Assembly: GCA_955652835.1 (NCBI GenBank)
Contig: CATPBO010000139.1
Span: 1-57,290 of the forward strand
DNA: 57,290 bases
Origin: Candidatus Dormiibacterota bacterium
GTDB taxonomy: Bacteria > Chloroflexota > Dormibacteria > Dormibacterales > Dormibacteraceae
Reading direction: 5' to 3'
The notes under the pieces: model-generated
What the model was told of the DNA's origin: nothing
Database searches by the model: none
The model's input: the letters and a program-made list of their open reading frames with translations, nothing else
Shown here: piece after piece, positions 20,503 to 31,197 of the stretch
Numbering within the stretch: the stretch's first letter is position 1
Layout of the letters: each line of letters opens with the position of its first letter
Position numbers and translations under genes: made by a program

Positions 20503-21294
20503 ATGTCGGACGACTTTCGCATCCTGTTCGTCGCCGACGTTGTCGGCCACCCGGGTCGGGATACGGTCAAGGCGCTCCTGCCTGGACTCAAAAATGAGGT
20601 CCGAGCCGACCTCACGATCGTCAACGGCGAGAACGCTGCGGGCGGTTTCGGCCTGACCGCAAAGATTGCCGCGGAGCTCAAGGCAGCCGGCGCCGACGTG
20701 ATCACGACCGGCAACCACGTCTTCGCACAGAAGGAATTCGTGCCCGAGCTGCCGGGCCTCCAGAATGTGCTGCGGCCGGCCAACTACCCACCGGCGGCGC
20801 CCGGCCAGGGCTCATGCCTCGTCGAGGCTGCCGGCCGGCAGGTGCTGGTCATGAACCTGATGGGCCGGATCTTCACGGCCGACAACCTGGATGACCCATT
20901 TCGTGCCGCGGACGCCATCCTGGCCGCCCACCCAGACGCCGGGATTGTGTTTTGCGACATGCACGCGGAGGCCACCTCGGAGAAGACGGCCATGGGCTGG
21001 TACCTCGACGGGCGGGCCAGCGCGGTGGTGGGCACGCACACCCACATCCCGACAGCGGACGCCCGGGTGCTCCCAAAAGGCACGGCCTACGTGACGGACG
21101 TCGGCATGGTGGGCCCCCGGGACGGGTGCATCGGGATGGACAAGGACATCGTTCTCCAGCGCTTCCTGACGGCCGTGCCCAACCGGTTCGTCGTGGCGTC
21201 AGGACCCGTGACATTCAATTCAGTACTGGTTACCATTAGTGGTTCCACCGGACGGGCAACGTCTATCCAGCGAGTCGATCGTGAACATGTTTGA
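20503..21294 (+). CDS. ymdB: YmdB-family metallophosphoesterase (2',3'-cyclic-nucleotide phosphodiesterase type, TIGR00282)
   Basis: 'ILFVADVVGHPGR', 'IVNGENAAGGFG', 'ITTGNH', 'DMHAEATSEK', 'GTHTHIPTAD'. AGGAG lies 6 nt upstream of the ATG. Confidence 0.9.
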   Translation: MSDDFRILFVADVVGHPGRDTVKALLPGLKNEVRADLTIVNGENAAGGFGLTAKIAAELKAAGADVITTGNHVFAQKEFVPELPGLQNVLRPANYPPAAPGQGSCLVEAAGRQVLVMNLMGRIFTADNLDDPFRAADAILAAHPDAGIVFCDMHAEATSEKTAMGWYLDGRASAVVGTHTHIPTADARVLPKGTAYVTDVGMVGPRDGCIGMDKDIVLQRFLTAVPNRFVVASGPVTFNSVLVTISGSTGRATSIQRVDREHV

Positions 21295-21310
21295 AGGGGT
21301 TCCAGCAACA

Positions 21311-21592
21311 ATGACCACGGAGCGCGCTCCAGTAGAGGTGCTGAAAGTTTCGGCTACCTCCAAGCCGGTGGCGGTCGCTGGAGCCATCGCCGGCGTGATC
21401 CGCAGCAAAGGTCGGGTGGAAGTCCAGGCGATCGGCGCAGGCGCCATCAACCAGGCGGTCAAGGCGATCGCCATCTCGCGTGGATACGTCGCACCGGGCG
21501 GTCTCGACCTGGTCTGCATCCCGGCATTCATCGACATCTCGATCGACGGCGAGGAGCGCACCGGAATCCGCTTGCTGGTGGAGAGCAGATAA
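21311..21592 (+). CDS. spoVS: SpoVS-family protein
   Basis: 'VLKVSATSKPVAVAGAIAGVIRSKGRVEVQAIGAGAINQAVKAIAISRGYVAPGGLDLVCIPAFIDISIDGEERTGIRLLVE'. ATG 21311 gives the typical ~90-aa length. Confidence 0.9.
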   Translation: MTTERAPVEVLKVSATSKPVAVAGAIAGVIRSKGRVEVQAIGAGAINQAVKAIAISRGYVAPGGLDLVCIPAFIDISIDGEERTGIRLLVESR

Positions 21593-21639
21593 CGCAAGGG
21601 CGATCGCGCTCATTCAACATCTGGACGATCGGCTGCCAG

Positions 21640-22890
21640 ATGAACGCAGCAGACTCGGAGAGCCTGGCGCGAAGACTCCTTGCCGCCGGCTACGTCGAGG
21701 ACTCGCTCGAAAGGGCTGACGTCGCCATCCTCAACACATGCGTCGTGCGCCAGGCTTCAGAGGACCGCGTGTATTCCAGGCTGCACGAGCTCAAGGCCTG
21801 GAAGACGCCTGAGCGAACGATCGCGGTCACCGGCTGCATCGTCGCCAAGGAAGGCGATGAGCTCCGGCGGAGATTCCCGCAGCTTGACGCGGTGGTCCCT
21901 ATCGGAGAGTACGAGGATTTCCTCGCCGGTCTGGAGGCGCGCTACGACTACTCGCAGGGCGAAGCGCTGCCGCAGGCAGGGCGCACCGGGATCAGCCACT
22001 TCGTTCGCGTTATCCAGGGCTGCGATCACAACTGCACGTTCTGCATCGTCCCGAAGGTGCGCGGCCGCGAGCGCCATGTGCCGATGGACGATGTGGTGCG
22101 GGAGTGCCGGCGAGCGGTACGCGAAGGCGCCAGCGAAGTTGTGCTGCTGGGTCAGAATGTGGACGACTACAGCGATCCCAGCGGGCGAGGCGGCCTCGCC
22201 CGGCTGGTGCGTGAAGTCGAGAAGATTCCGGGTCTGAGGCGGCTTCGATTCCTCACCTCGCACCCTCAAGACCTGGAGCCAGAGCTGCTCGAGGTGATGG
22301 CGGCGAGCAGTGTTGTGTGCCGCGAGCTTCAGCTGCCGGTGCAGTCGGGTGACGACACAGTCCTCAAGCGCATGGCGCGCGGATACCAGATGCGGCACTA
22401 CCGCGCGATCGTCAAGCGGGCTCGAGCCCTCATGCCGGATATTGGGCTGGCGACCGATGTGATCGTCGGATTTCCGGGCGAGTCGGAGGCTGCGTTTTTG
22501 AACACACGGGCCCTGCTCGAAGAGATCGAGTTCGACGTCGTTCACCTGGCGATGTACTCGCCGCGCCCCGGCACGTTTGCCGCGAGCCGCATGGAGGATG
22601 ACGTCCCCCAGGATGAGAAGCTGCGGCGCCTCAACGACCTGCTGGCGCTGCAGCGAAGCATCGCGGCGCGAAAGACCGCCCGCTGGATCGGCCGCGACGT
22701 GGAGGTCTTGATCGAAGGGAGAGATGAGCTCAACCGGCCGTACGGACGGATCCGGCAGGGCAAGCGGGCCATCGTCCTGCGCGCCGGCGACATCGCGCCG
22801 GGTCGGCTGGTCACCCTCCGCGTCATGCAGGCCACCGCCGGCCAGTTGTTAGGACTCCTTAACCCCACGAAATCAGAGGCTGCGCCGTGA
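21640..22890 (+). CDS. miaB: tRNA-i6A37 methylthiotransferase MiaB. The N-terminus almost certainly starts upstream of 21640.
   Basis: 'NTCVVRQ' and 'VTGCIV' (MTTase N-domain Cys 2 and 3), the radical-SAM 'CDHNCTFCIVP', and a TRAM domain at the C-terminus. The codons just upstream encode 'FNIWTIGCQ', which contains the first cluster Cys (see finding). Confidence 0.9.
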   Translation: MNAADSESLARRLLAAGYVEDSLERADVAILNTCVVRQASEDRVYSRLHELKAWKTPERTIAVTGCIVAKEGDELRRRFPQLDAVVPIGEYEDFLAGLEARYDYSQGEALPQAGRTGISHFVRVIQGCDHNCTFCIVPKVRGRERHVPMDDVVRECRRAVREGASEVVLLGQNVDDYSDPSGRGGLARLVREVEKIPGLRRLRFLTSHPQDLEPELLEVMAASSVVCRELQLPVQSGDDTVLKRMARGYQMRHYRAIVKRARALMPDIGLATDVIVGFPGESEAAFLNTRALLEEIEFDVVHLAMYSPRPGTFAASRMEDDVPQDEKLRRLNDLLALQRSIAARKTARWIGRDVEVLIEGRDELNRPYGRIRQGKRAIVLRAGDIAPGRLVTLRVMQATAGQLLGLLNPTKSEAAP

Positions 22891-22905
22891 TTTCGCGGGG
22901 ACCCC
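22863..22905 (+). repeat. Dispersed palindromic intergenic repeat, copy B; it overlaps the miaB 3' end
   Basis: CCCCACGAAATC-AGAGGCTGCGCCGT-GATTTCGCGGGG-ACCCC. Confidence 0.7.
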
Positions 22906-22915
22906 TAAGGGCGGC

Positions 22916-25395
22916 TTGACTGACTCTCCTCTGACCCCGGTCATGCGTCAGTACCGGGAGGCGAAGGAGCAGCATCCCGAGGGAATCCTCCTCTTCAGGC
23001 TCGGCGACTTCTACGAGATCTTTTTCGAGGACGCCGAGGTCGCGGCTCCGGTGATGGGGGTGACGCTCACCTCGCGGCCTCTCGGCAAGAGCGGACGCGC
23101 GCCGATGTGCGGCGTGCCGCACCACGCCTGGCAGGCATACGTGGGCAAGCTGCTGCGCGCGGGCCACAAGGTCGTGATCTGCGACCAGACGGAAGCCGCC
23201 GGCAAGCACAAAGTGGTGCGTCGCGATGTCACGCGCGTGCTGACGCCCGGGACTGTGGTCGAAGATGCCTACCTCGACCCGTCGCGCGCCAACTACCTCG
23301 TGGCGGCGTGGACGCGTGGGGAGGAGGCCGGCCTGGCCGCCTGCGAGGTGTCGACCGGTGAGCTGCTTCTGTGCCAGCTGCCTCGTGAGCGCTTGAGCGC
23401 CGAGCTGCAGCGGCTTGCGCCCGCGGAGCTGCTCACACCTCCGGAGGTCGAGGAGTACCGCTTCGACCCCGTACGCGGGCAGCAGCGTCTTCGCGACCTG
23501 CTCGGCATATCGTTCGCAGCCTCGGTCGGTGCGGCCGACGCTCCGCTCGCCGTCGGCGCCGCCGGCGTGGTGCTCGACTACCTGAAGCAGAACCAGGCCC
23601 ACATCGCCCCAGGCTCCTTTAGTGTTCGCACCTACTCTCCAGACTCGACCATGGCCCTGGATGCGGCGACGGTGCGAAACCTTGAGCTCCCCGCGCTCGT
23701 CGAGCTGGTCGACCGGACGCGAACACCGATTGGAGCGAGGCGGCTGCGCGCATGGCTGGGGACGCCGATGCGGGACGCGGAGTCGATCGAGCTGCGCCTC
23801 GCCGGAGTCGCCGAGCTCCTCTCCTCTGCTGATTCGCGCGAGGCGCTTGCGACCGCGCTGAAACCGGTTGGCGACCTCGAGCGCCTCGCATCGAGGGCAG
23901 CCCAGGGTCACGCGAGCGCGCGCGAGCTGGTAGCGCTTCGCCGCTCGCTTGAGGCCATCCCGCTGCTCCAAGCCACGCTGGCAGCATGCGAGGCGCTGGT
24001 CATCCGGGAGCTGGCGGGACAGATCAGCGAGGCGCCGGAGCTGGCTGTGAAGCTCTCGCTCGCCCTGGTCGAGGACCCACCTGCACTCACGCGCGAGGGA
24101 GGCGCGATCCGGGCGGGCTTCGACACCGAGCTCGACGGCATATCAGAGGCTTCGCGCAGCGCACGCGAGTGGATCGGAGGGCTCGAGGCCGCTGAGCGGC
24201 GCCGGACCGGGATCCGCTCCCTGAAGGTGGGGTTCAACAAAGTCTTCGGTTACTACATCGAGGTCAGCAACGCCAACGCGGTCCCGCTGCCGGACGACTA
24301 CGTGCGCAAGCAAACGCTGACGGGTGCGGAGCGCTACCTCACTCCCGAGCTGAAGGAAAAGGAAGCAATCGTGCTTACGGCGCAAGAGCGCATCGCACAG
24401 CGAGAGCTCGAGATCCTGCACGAGCTCGGCGCTGCCGTGGCGGAGTCCGCTTCGATCCTGCGGTCGAGCGCACACGCGATCGGAATGATCGACGCCATCC
24501 TCAGCCTTGCCATGACCGCGTCAGCGCATGGTTGGCGAAGGCCGGAGGTCAACGCAGGTCTGAGGCTGAGCATCAAGGGCGGCCGGCATCCGCTGGTCGA
24601 ACGCGGCTTGCCTGCGGGGGTCTTCGTTCCCAACGACCTGGACCTGGATCCGGAGCAGGACCAGGTCATCATCCTCACCGGTCCCAACATGGCGGGCAAG
24701 TCGACCTACCTTCGGCAGGCAGCGGTGATCGTTCTTCTCGCGCAGTGTGGAAGCTTTGTTCCCGCGGAGAGTGCAGTTGTGGGGCTCGCCGACCGCATCT
24801 TCACAAGGGTCGGCGCGCACGACGACATCACAGCGGGCATGTCGACCTTCATGGTGGAGATGACCGAAACCGCGAACATCCTCAACCACGCGACGCGATC
24901 CTCGCTCGTCATCCTCGACGAGGTGGGGAGGGGGACCTCGACCTACGACGGCGTGTCGATTGCTCAAGCGGTGGTCGAGCATCTGCACGACTCACCGAAG
25001 CTCGGGTGCCGCACATTGTTCGCCACTCACTACCACGAGCTGACTGCGCTCGCGGAAAGACTCGAACGCGTGAGCAACCAACGAGTCGAGGTGCTCGAAG
25101 ACGGCGAGACTGTCCGCTTCCTTCACCGCGTGGTTCCAGGCGGTGCCGACCGCTCCTATGGAATACATGTCGCGGCGCTTGCCGGCCTTCCGTCAAGCGT
25201 CATCGCGCGGGCGCGCCAGGTACTCGCGGAGCTGGAGCGCCAGCGACCGCTCGAACCGCCGGAGCTGCAGCTCGGCCTGCCGATCGAGCTTGCTCCCGAC
25301 CCGCTGCGCAAGGAGCTCGAGGAGCTGCGGCCTGACTCGCTGAGCCCACTCGAAGCGCTGCAGAAGCTCTACGAGCTCCGCGCGAGGCTTGCCGA

Positions 25396-25399
<4 letters not shown>
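22916..25399 (+). CDS. mutS: DNA mismatch repair protein MutS
   Basis: 'TPVMRQYREAKEQHPEGILLFRLGDFYEIFFEDA' and the ATPase region 'ILTGPNMAGKSTYLRQ', 'DEVGRGTSTYDG', 'TLFATHYHEL'. Confidence 0.95.
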
Positions 25400-27060
<1,661 letters not shown>

Positions 27061-27948
27061 TTGCGGGTTCCCGTCGTCGTCGGCCCGACCGGCATCGGCA
27101 AGTCTCAGCTGGCCTTTGAGCTTGCTCTCGAGCTCGGCGCCGAGATCGTCGTCGCGGACTCGAAACAGGTGTACCGGCGATTGGACATCGCCACTAACAA
27201 GCCAAGTCCGGAACACCTAAACCGAGTGCCGTATCACATGATCGACTTCGTCGATCCCGCGGCGAACTTCAACGCGGCACAGTACGTGCACGGTGCGCGT
27301 GAAGCCATCGCAGACATCGCAGGTCGCGGACGCGTACCAGTCATCGAAGGCGGCACGATGCTCTACGTGGATGCGCTTTGCGATGGATTCAGCCTCACCG
27401 GCGTGCCGCCCGATGCAGAGCTGCGAGCCGAGCTCGAGGCTCTCGACGCAACTGCGTTGCAGGAGCGGCTGCTGGCGCTTGATGCCGATCCAGGCGTCGA
27501 CCTGCAGAACCCGGTTCGCATGATCCGCGCCATCGAGGTGCTACAGGCCGCGGGCCCTCCGCTGCGTCGACTTCGCACGCGCACGCCGCCGCCCTGGGAA
27601 GCTGTGCGCATGGGGCTGACCGCACCCCTGGATGTGATCGATCGCAGGCTCGATGAGCGCAGCCGGCAGCAGGTCGGGCGCGGGCTGGTCGCCGAAACGC
27701 AAGCTGCCCTCGACGCCGGCGTTCCCGAAAGCGCAGCTGTGTTGACGGGCATTGGATATGCCGAAGCCCTGGCGCATATAAGAGGTGACCTGACGCTCGA
27801 GAATCTGCCTCAGACGATGGCCCGGTCCAACCGCCGCTACGCGCGTCGCCAGCTGCGCTGGTGGCGCCGGGACTCACGGGTCAAGTGGTTCGAGATCGAG
27901 CCCGATCCCTTGCCCGCTATCCTCAATTACGTGAGGGCTGCAGCATGA
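27061..27948 (+). CDS. miaA: tRNA dimethylallyltransferase MiaA
   Basis: 'VVVGPTGIGKSQLAFELA', 'DSKQVYRRLDIATNKPS', 'PYHMIDF', 'RRYARRQLRWWR'. Confidence 0.9.
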   Translation: MRVPVVVGPTGIGKSQLAFELALELGAEIVVADSKQVYRRLDIATNKPSPEHLNRVPYHMIDFVDPAANFNAAQYVHGAREAIADIAGRGRVPVIEGGTMLYVDALCDGFSLTGVPPDAELRAELEALDATALQERLLALDADPGVDLQNPVRMIRAIEVLQAAGPPLRRLRTRTPPPWEAVRMGLTAPLDVIDRRLDERSRQQVGRGLVAETQAALDAGVPESAAVLTGIGYAEALAHIRGDLTLENLPQTMARSNRRYARRQLRWWRRDSRVKWFEIEPDPLPAILNYVRAAA

Positions 27949-29120
27949 GCAAGGCGGTACACCCAGGCGCGAGCCGCCTCGGAAGGATTCCGCCTTACCT
28001 CTTCGCCGAGATCGATCGCAAGGTCCAGGAGAAGAAGAGGGCAGGCGTCGACGTGATCTCGCTCGGCATCGGCGACCCTGACCTGCCGACGCCGCGGCGG
28101 ATAGTCAACGTCCTGCAAGAGGCCGCCGCCGACCCCGCCAACCATCGCTATCCGTCTTATTTCGGCCTGGCCGAGCTGCGTGAGGCCATCGCGGGCTGGT
28201 ACGGCCAGCGCTCTGGCGTGACGCTCGACCCGAGCACCGAGATTCTTCCCACGCTTGGATCCAAGGACGGAATCGCGCACGTGCCTCTCGCCCTGGTCGA
28301 TCCGGGCGACATCGTGCTGGCGCCGGACCCCGGCTACACCGTTTACGCGACCGGAGCGTTGATGGCCGGCGCCGAACCTTACGTCATGCCACTCACGGCG
28401 GCGAATCACTGGCTGCCCGACCTCGATGCAATCCCGCAAGACATCGCGCAGCGCTCCACGCTCATGTGGCTGAACTACCCCAACAACCCGACGGCAGCGG
28501 TCGCCGACCGCGAGTTCCTCGAACGCGCGGTTGCGTTCTGCCGGCGCCACGAGATCATCCTCTGCCACGACGCGCCTTACTCGGAGATTGCCTTCGACGG
28601 CTACCGCCCGCTCACCCTGTTCGAGATCCCGGGCGCGAAAGAGATCGGCCTCGAATTCCACTCGCTCTCCAAGACTTTCAACATGACCGGATGGCGGATC
28701 GGGTGGGTGTGCGGCCGCGCGGACCTGGTCGGCCTGATCGGCCAGCTGAAAACCAACATCGACTCGGGCATCTTCCAGGCCGTCCAGTGGGCCGCGATCG
28801 AAGCGCTGAATGGGGGAGACCACGAGACTCGCGCGGCGTGTGAGGTGTACGCGAGGCGTCACCGCCTCGTCGCCGACACGCTCAACGACCTCGGCTGGAA
28901 CATCAAACCTCCGCGCGCCACCTTTTATGTGTGGGCGCCGGTGCCCGCCGGGTATGACTCGATTGGGTTTGCGAGTCATGTCCTCGATGCAGTCGGTGTC
29001 AACATCACACCGGGTGTTGGTTTCGGCCCGCACGGAGAGGGCTACTTCAGGCTTTCCGTCACAGCCCCGGACGCTCGCCTCGAAGAGGCGATGGCGCGGA
29101 TGAGGAAGCTCAAGCTCTGA
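27945..29120 (+). CDS. dapL: LL-diaminopimelate aminotransferase-type class-I aminotransferase
   Basis: ATG 27945 forms an ATGA overlap with the miaA stop. 'IPPYLFAEIDRKV...GVDVISLGIGDPDLPTP', 'YPNNPT', and the PLP lysine context 'FHSLSKTFNMTGWRIGW'. Confidence 0.8.
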   Translation: MSKAVHPGASRLGRIPPYLFAEIDRKVQEKKRAGVDVISLGIGDPDLPTPRRIVNVLQEAAADPANHRYPSYFGLAELREAIAGWYGQRSGVTLDPSTEILPTLGSKDGIAHVPLALVDPGDIVLAPDPGYTVYATGALMAGAEPYVMPLTAANHWLPDLDAIPQDIAQRSTLMWLNYPNNPTAAVADREFLERAVAFCRRHEIILCHDAPYSEIAFDGYRPLTLFEIPGAKEIGLEFHSLSKTFNMTGWRIGWVCGRADLVGLIGQLKTNIDSGIFQAVQWAAIEALNGGDHETRAACEVYARRHRLVADTLNDLGWNIKPPRATFYVWAPVPAGYDSIGFASHVLDAVGVNITPGVGFGPHGEGYFRLSVTAPDARLEEAMARMRKLKL

Positions 29121-29123
29121 AAT

Positions 29124-29166
29124 CCCCACGAAATCCGAGGCTGCGCCGCGATTTCGTGGGGGCCCC
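29124..29166 (+). repeat. Dispersed palindromic intergenic repeat, copy C (perfect 12-bp arms)
   Basis: CCCCACGAAATC (29124-29135), CGAGGCTGCGCCGC, GATTTCGTGGGG (29150-29161), GCCCC. Confidence 0.75.
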
Positions 29167-29172
29167 TTTCAA

Positions 29173-30468
29173 ATGATCACGACCAGGTCGCCGCGAGAGC
29201 GGGTATATCTCGTAGGCGTTTTGCTTCCAGGCTCCACCGAGGACCTGGTGCACGAGCAGATGGTCGAGCTGGCCGATCTGGCCCGCACTGCAGGCGCGGA
29301 AGTCGTGGGTTCGGACGTGCAGCGGCGCAGCCAGGTGGATGCCAGGCACTTCATCGGCATGGGCAAGGTCGAGGAGCTGCGCGAGATGAAGCTCGAAGGC
29401 GCCTTCGACGTGATCATGTGCAACGAGGACCTCAGTCCTCGGCAGCAGAGAAACCTCGAGCTCGAATTGAAAACCAGGGTGCTCGATCGCACCGAGGTGA
29501 TCCTCGAGATCTTCGCCCAGCACGCGCGCACTCACGAAGGGCGACTGCAGGTTGAGTCGGCACGGCTTCATCACCTGCTGCCACGCCTGATCGGCGCGTA
29601 CGCCTATGACCGCCAGGTCGGTGGGCGCCGCGGCGGTGTGGGAGCCCGCGGTGGCTTCGGCGAGCAGCAGATCGAGGTCGAGCGACGGCGAATCCGCCGG
29701 CGGATGCGTGACCTCGAGCGCGAGATCGAGCAGGTGCGAACCCAGCGCCACCAGCAGCGCACTGGGCGGCGTCGCGCTGCCCTGGAGACCGCCGCGATCG
29801 TCGGCTATACCAACGCCGGCAAGTCGACGCTGCTGAACGCACTGACCGGGGCCGGTGTGCGCGCTGAGCAACGGCTTTTCGCCACGCTCGATCCGACGAC
29901 GAGGAAGGTCGAGCTGCCGGCCGGTCGCGAGCTGCTCATCACCGACACGGTCGGTTTTATCCAGAAGCTGCCCACCGACCTCGTGGCAGCCTTCAGGGCA
30001 ACGCTGGAAGAGGTGACTGAGGCCGACCTCATCGTCCAGGTGCTGGATGCCAGCTCGCCGGCCGTTGAGGAGCAGGCAGCGACGGTGGAGAAGATCCTGG
30101 GCGACCTCGGTGCCGCCGACAAGCCGCGCGTGGTTGCGCTCAACAAGGTGGACCTCCTGGGGCCTGCGTCCCGCCGCCGGGCCGTCGGCGCTCTGTCGAG
30201 TCTTTACCCAGGCGCGATTCCGATCTCCGCGACTAATCGCACCGGATTGATCGACCTCCTGGGCGCCGTGGACCAGGCGAGCCGCGCCGACATCGTCGAC
30301 CTCGAGATCCTGGTGCCGTACGGAAGCGAGAAGGTGCTCGCCGCCTTGCGCAAGGTCGGTGGGGTGGAACGCACCGAATATGTGGAAGGCGGCACCAGGG
30401 CCTGGGGCTGGGTGCCCCGGCACGAGGCGCGACGCTTCGAGGCTTTTGCGGCTAGCGGAACATCCTGA
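29173..30468 (+). CDS. hflX: GTPase HflX
   Basis: HflX N-domain 'RQQRNLELELKTRVLDRTEVILEIFAQHARTHEGRLQVE'. G-domain 'VGYTNAGKSTLLNALT', 'DTVGFI', 'LNKVD'. Confidence 0.9.
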   Translation: MITTRSPRERVYLVGVLLPGSTEDLVHEQMVELADLARTAGAEVVGSDVQRRSQVDARHFIGMGKVEELREMKLEGAFDVIMCNEDLSPRQQRNLELELKTRVLDRTEVILEIFAQHARTHEGRLQVESARLHHLLPRLIGAYAYDRQVGGRRGGVGARGGFGEQQIEVERRRIRRRMRDLEREIEQVRTQRHQQRTGRRRAALETAAIVGYTNAGKSTLLNALTGAGVRAEQRLFATLDPTTRKVELPAGRELLITDTVGFIQKLPTDLVAAFRATLEEVTEADLIVQVLDASSPAVEEQAATVEKILGDLGAADKPRVVALNKVDLLGPASRRRAVGALSSLYPGAIPISATNRTGLIDLLGAVDQASRADIVDLEILVPYGSEKVLAALRKVGGVERTEYVEGGTRAWGWVPRHEARRFEAFAASGTS

Positions 30469-31066
30469 TCACGCCGCGGACCACGCCGACCAGGCTCACG
30501 TTGGTCGTCACGATCGGCTCGTAGGCCGGGTTCTCGGCAATCAACTTGACATGGCCGTTGCCGCGCTCGAACCGCTTGACGGTCGCGTCTCCGTCGACCA
30601 GGGCGACGACGATCGTGCCGTTCGCGGCCTCCTGCTGAGGACGCACCAGGACGAGGTCGCCGTCCAGGATGCAGGCGTTGATCATGCTGTCCCCACGCAC
30701 GCGGAGCAGGAAAAAGCCTTCCTGCGCCAGCTCGGGCGAAAGCAAAAGGTGGTCCTCGATGTTCTGCTCGGCCAGGATCGGGGCGCCGGCGGCGACGTTA
30801 CCGACGATCGGGACCGAGATGGCATTGCGCCTCTGCGTGTCGACGCCTGCGTCCTGGACCAGCTGCACGGTGCGGGACTTGCTGGGGTCGCGCTTGATCA
30901 GGCCGCGCCGCTCCAGCTGGTTGAGGTGGTTGTGGACGGTTGAGCTCGAGCTCAGGCCGACCGCTTCTCCGATTTCGCGCACGCTCGGCGGATAGCTGCG
31001 GGCCCGGGTTACATACCTGATGTAGTCGAGGATCTTGGTCTGCCGTTCAGTCAGCTGTTCGTTCAA
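30452..31066 (-). CDS. lexA: SOS repressor LexA
   Basis: Winged-helix N-domain 'PPSVREIGEAVGLSSSSTVHNHLNQLERRGLI', cleavage site 'VAAGAP', and S24 peptidase 'VRGDSMI' / 'ATVKRF'. TTG start. Confidence 0.95.
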   Translation of the reverse strand: MNEQLTERQTKILDYIRYVTRARSYPPSVREIGEAVGLSSSSTVHNHLNQLERRGLIKRDPSKSRTVQLVQDAGVDTQRRNAISVPIVGNVAAGAPILAEQNIEDHLLLSPELAQEGFFLLRVRGDSMINACILDGDLVLVRPQQEAANGTIVVALVDGDATVKRFERGNGHVKLIAENPAYEPIVTTNVSLVGVVRGVIRMFR

Positions 31067-31108
31067 TTCGTATTCATCTCCAGCGCGTGGTGGGGTCGTT
31101 TCGCGGCC

Positions 31109-31148
31109 ATGCTAGCAAACTTGCTCTTTCAGTGCAAACCTTTGTTCG
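31109..31148 (-). promoter_or_regulatory. Putative lexA promoter with an imperfect LexA box
   Basis: On the minus strand: TTGCAC (31137-31132), a 17-nt spacer, TAGCAT (31114-31109). The box CGAACAAAGGTTTG (31148-31135) has one half-site degenerate and overlaps the -35. Confidence 0.45.
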
Positions 31149-31155
31149 GTTAAGT

Positions 31156-31184
31156 TTGACATTCGAACGCCCGTTCGGTATGGT
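31156..31184 (+). promoter_or_regulatory. SOS promoter of the LysM gene, with a LexA box in the spacer
   Basis: TTGACA (31156-31161), a 17-nt spacer, TATGGT (31179-31184). The spacer carries the perfect box CGAACGCCCGTTCG (31164-31177). Confidence 0.75.
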
Positions 31185-31197
31185 CAGCGGCGAACAG

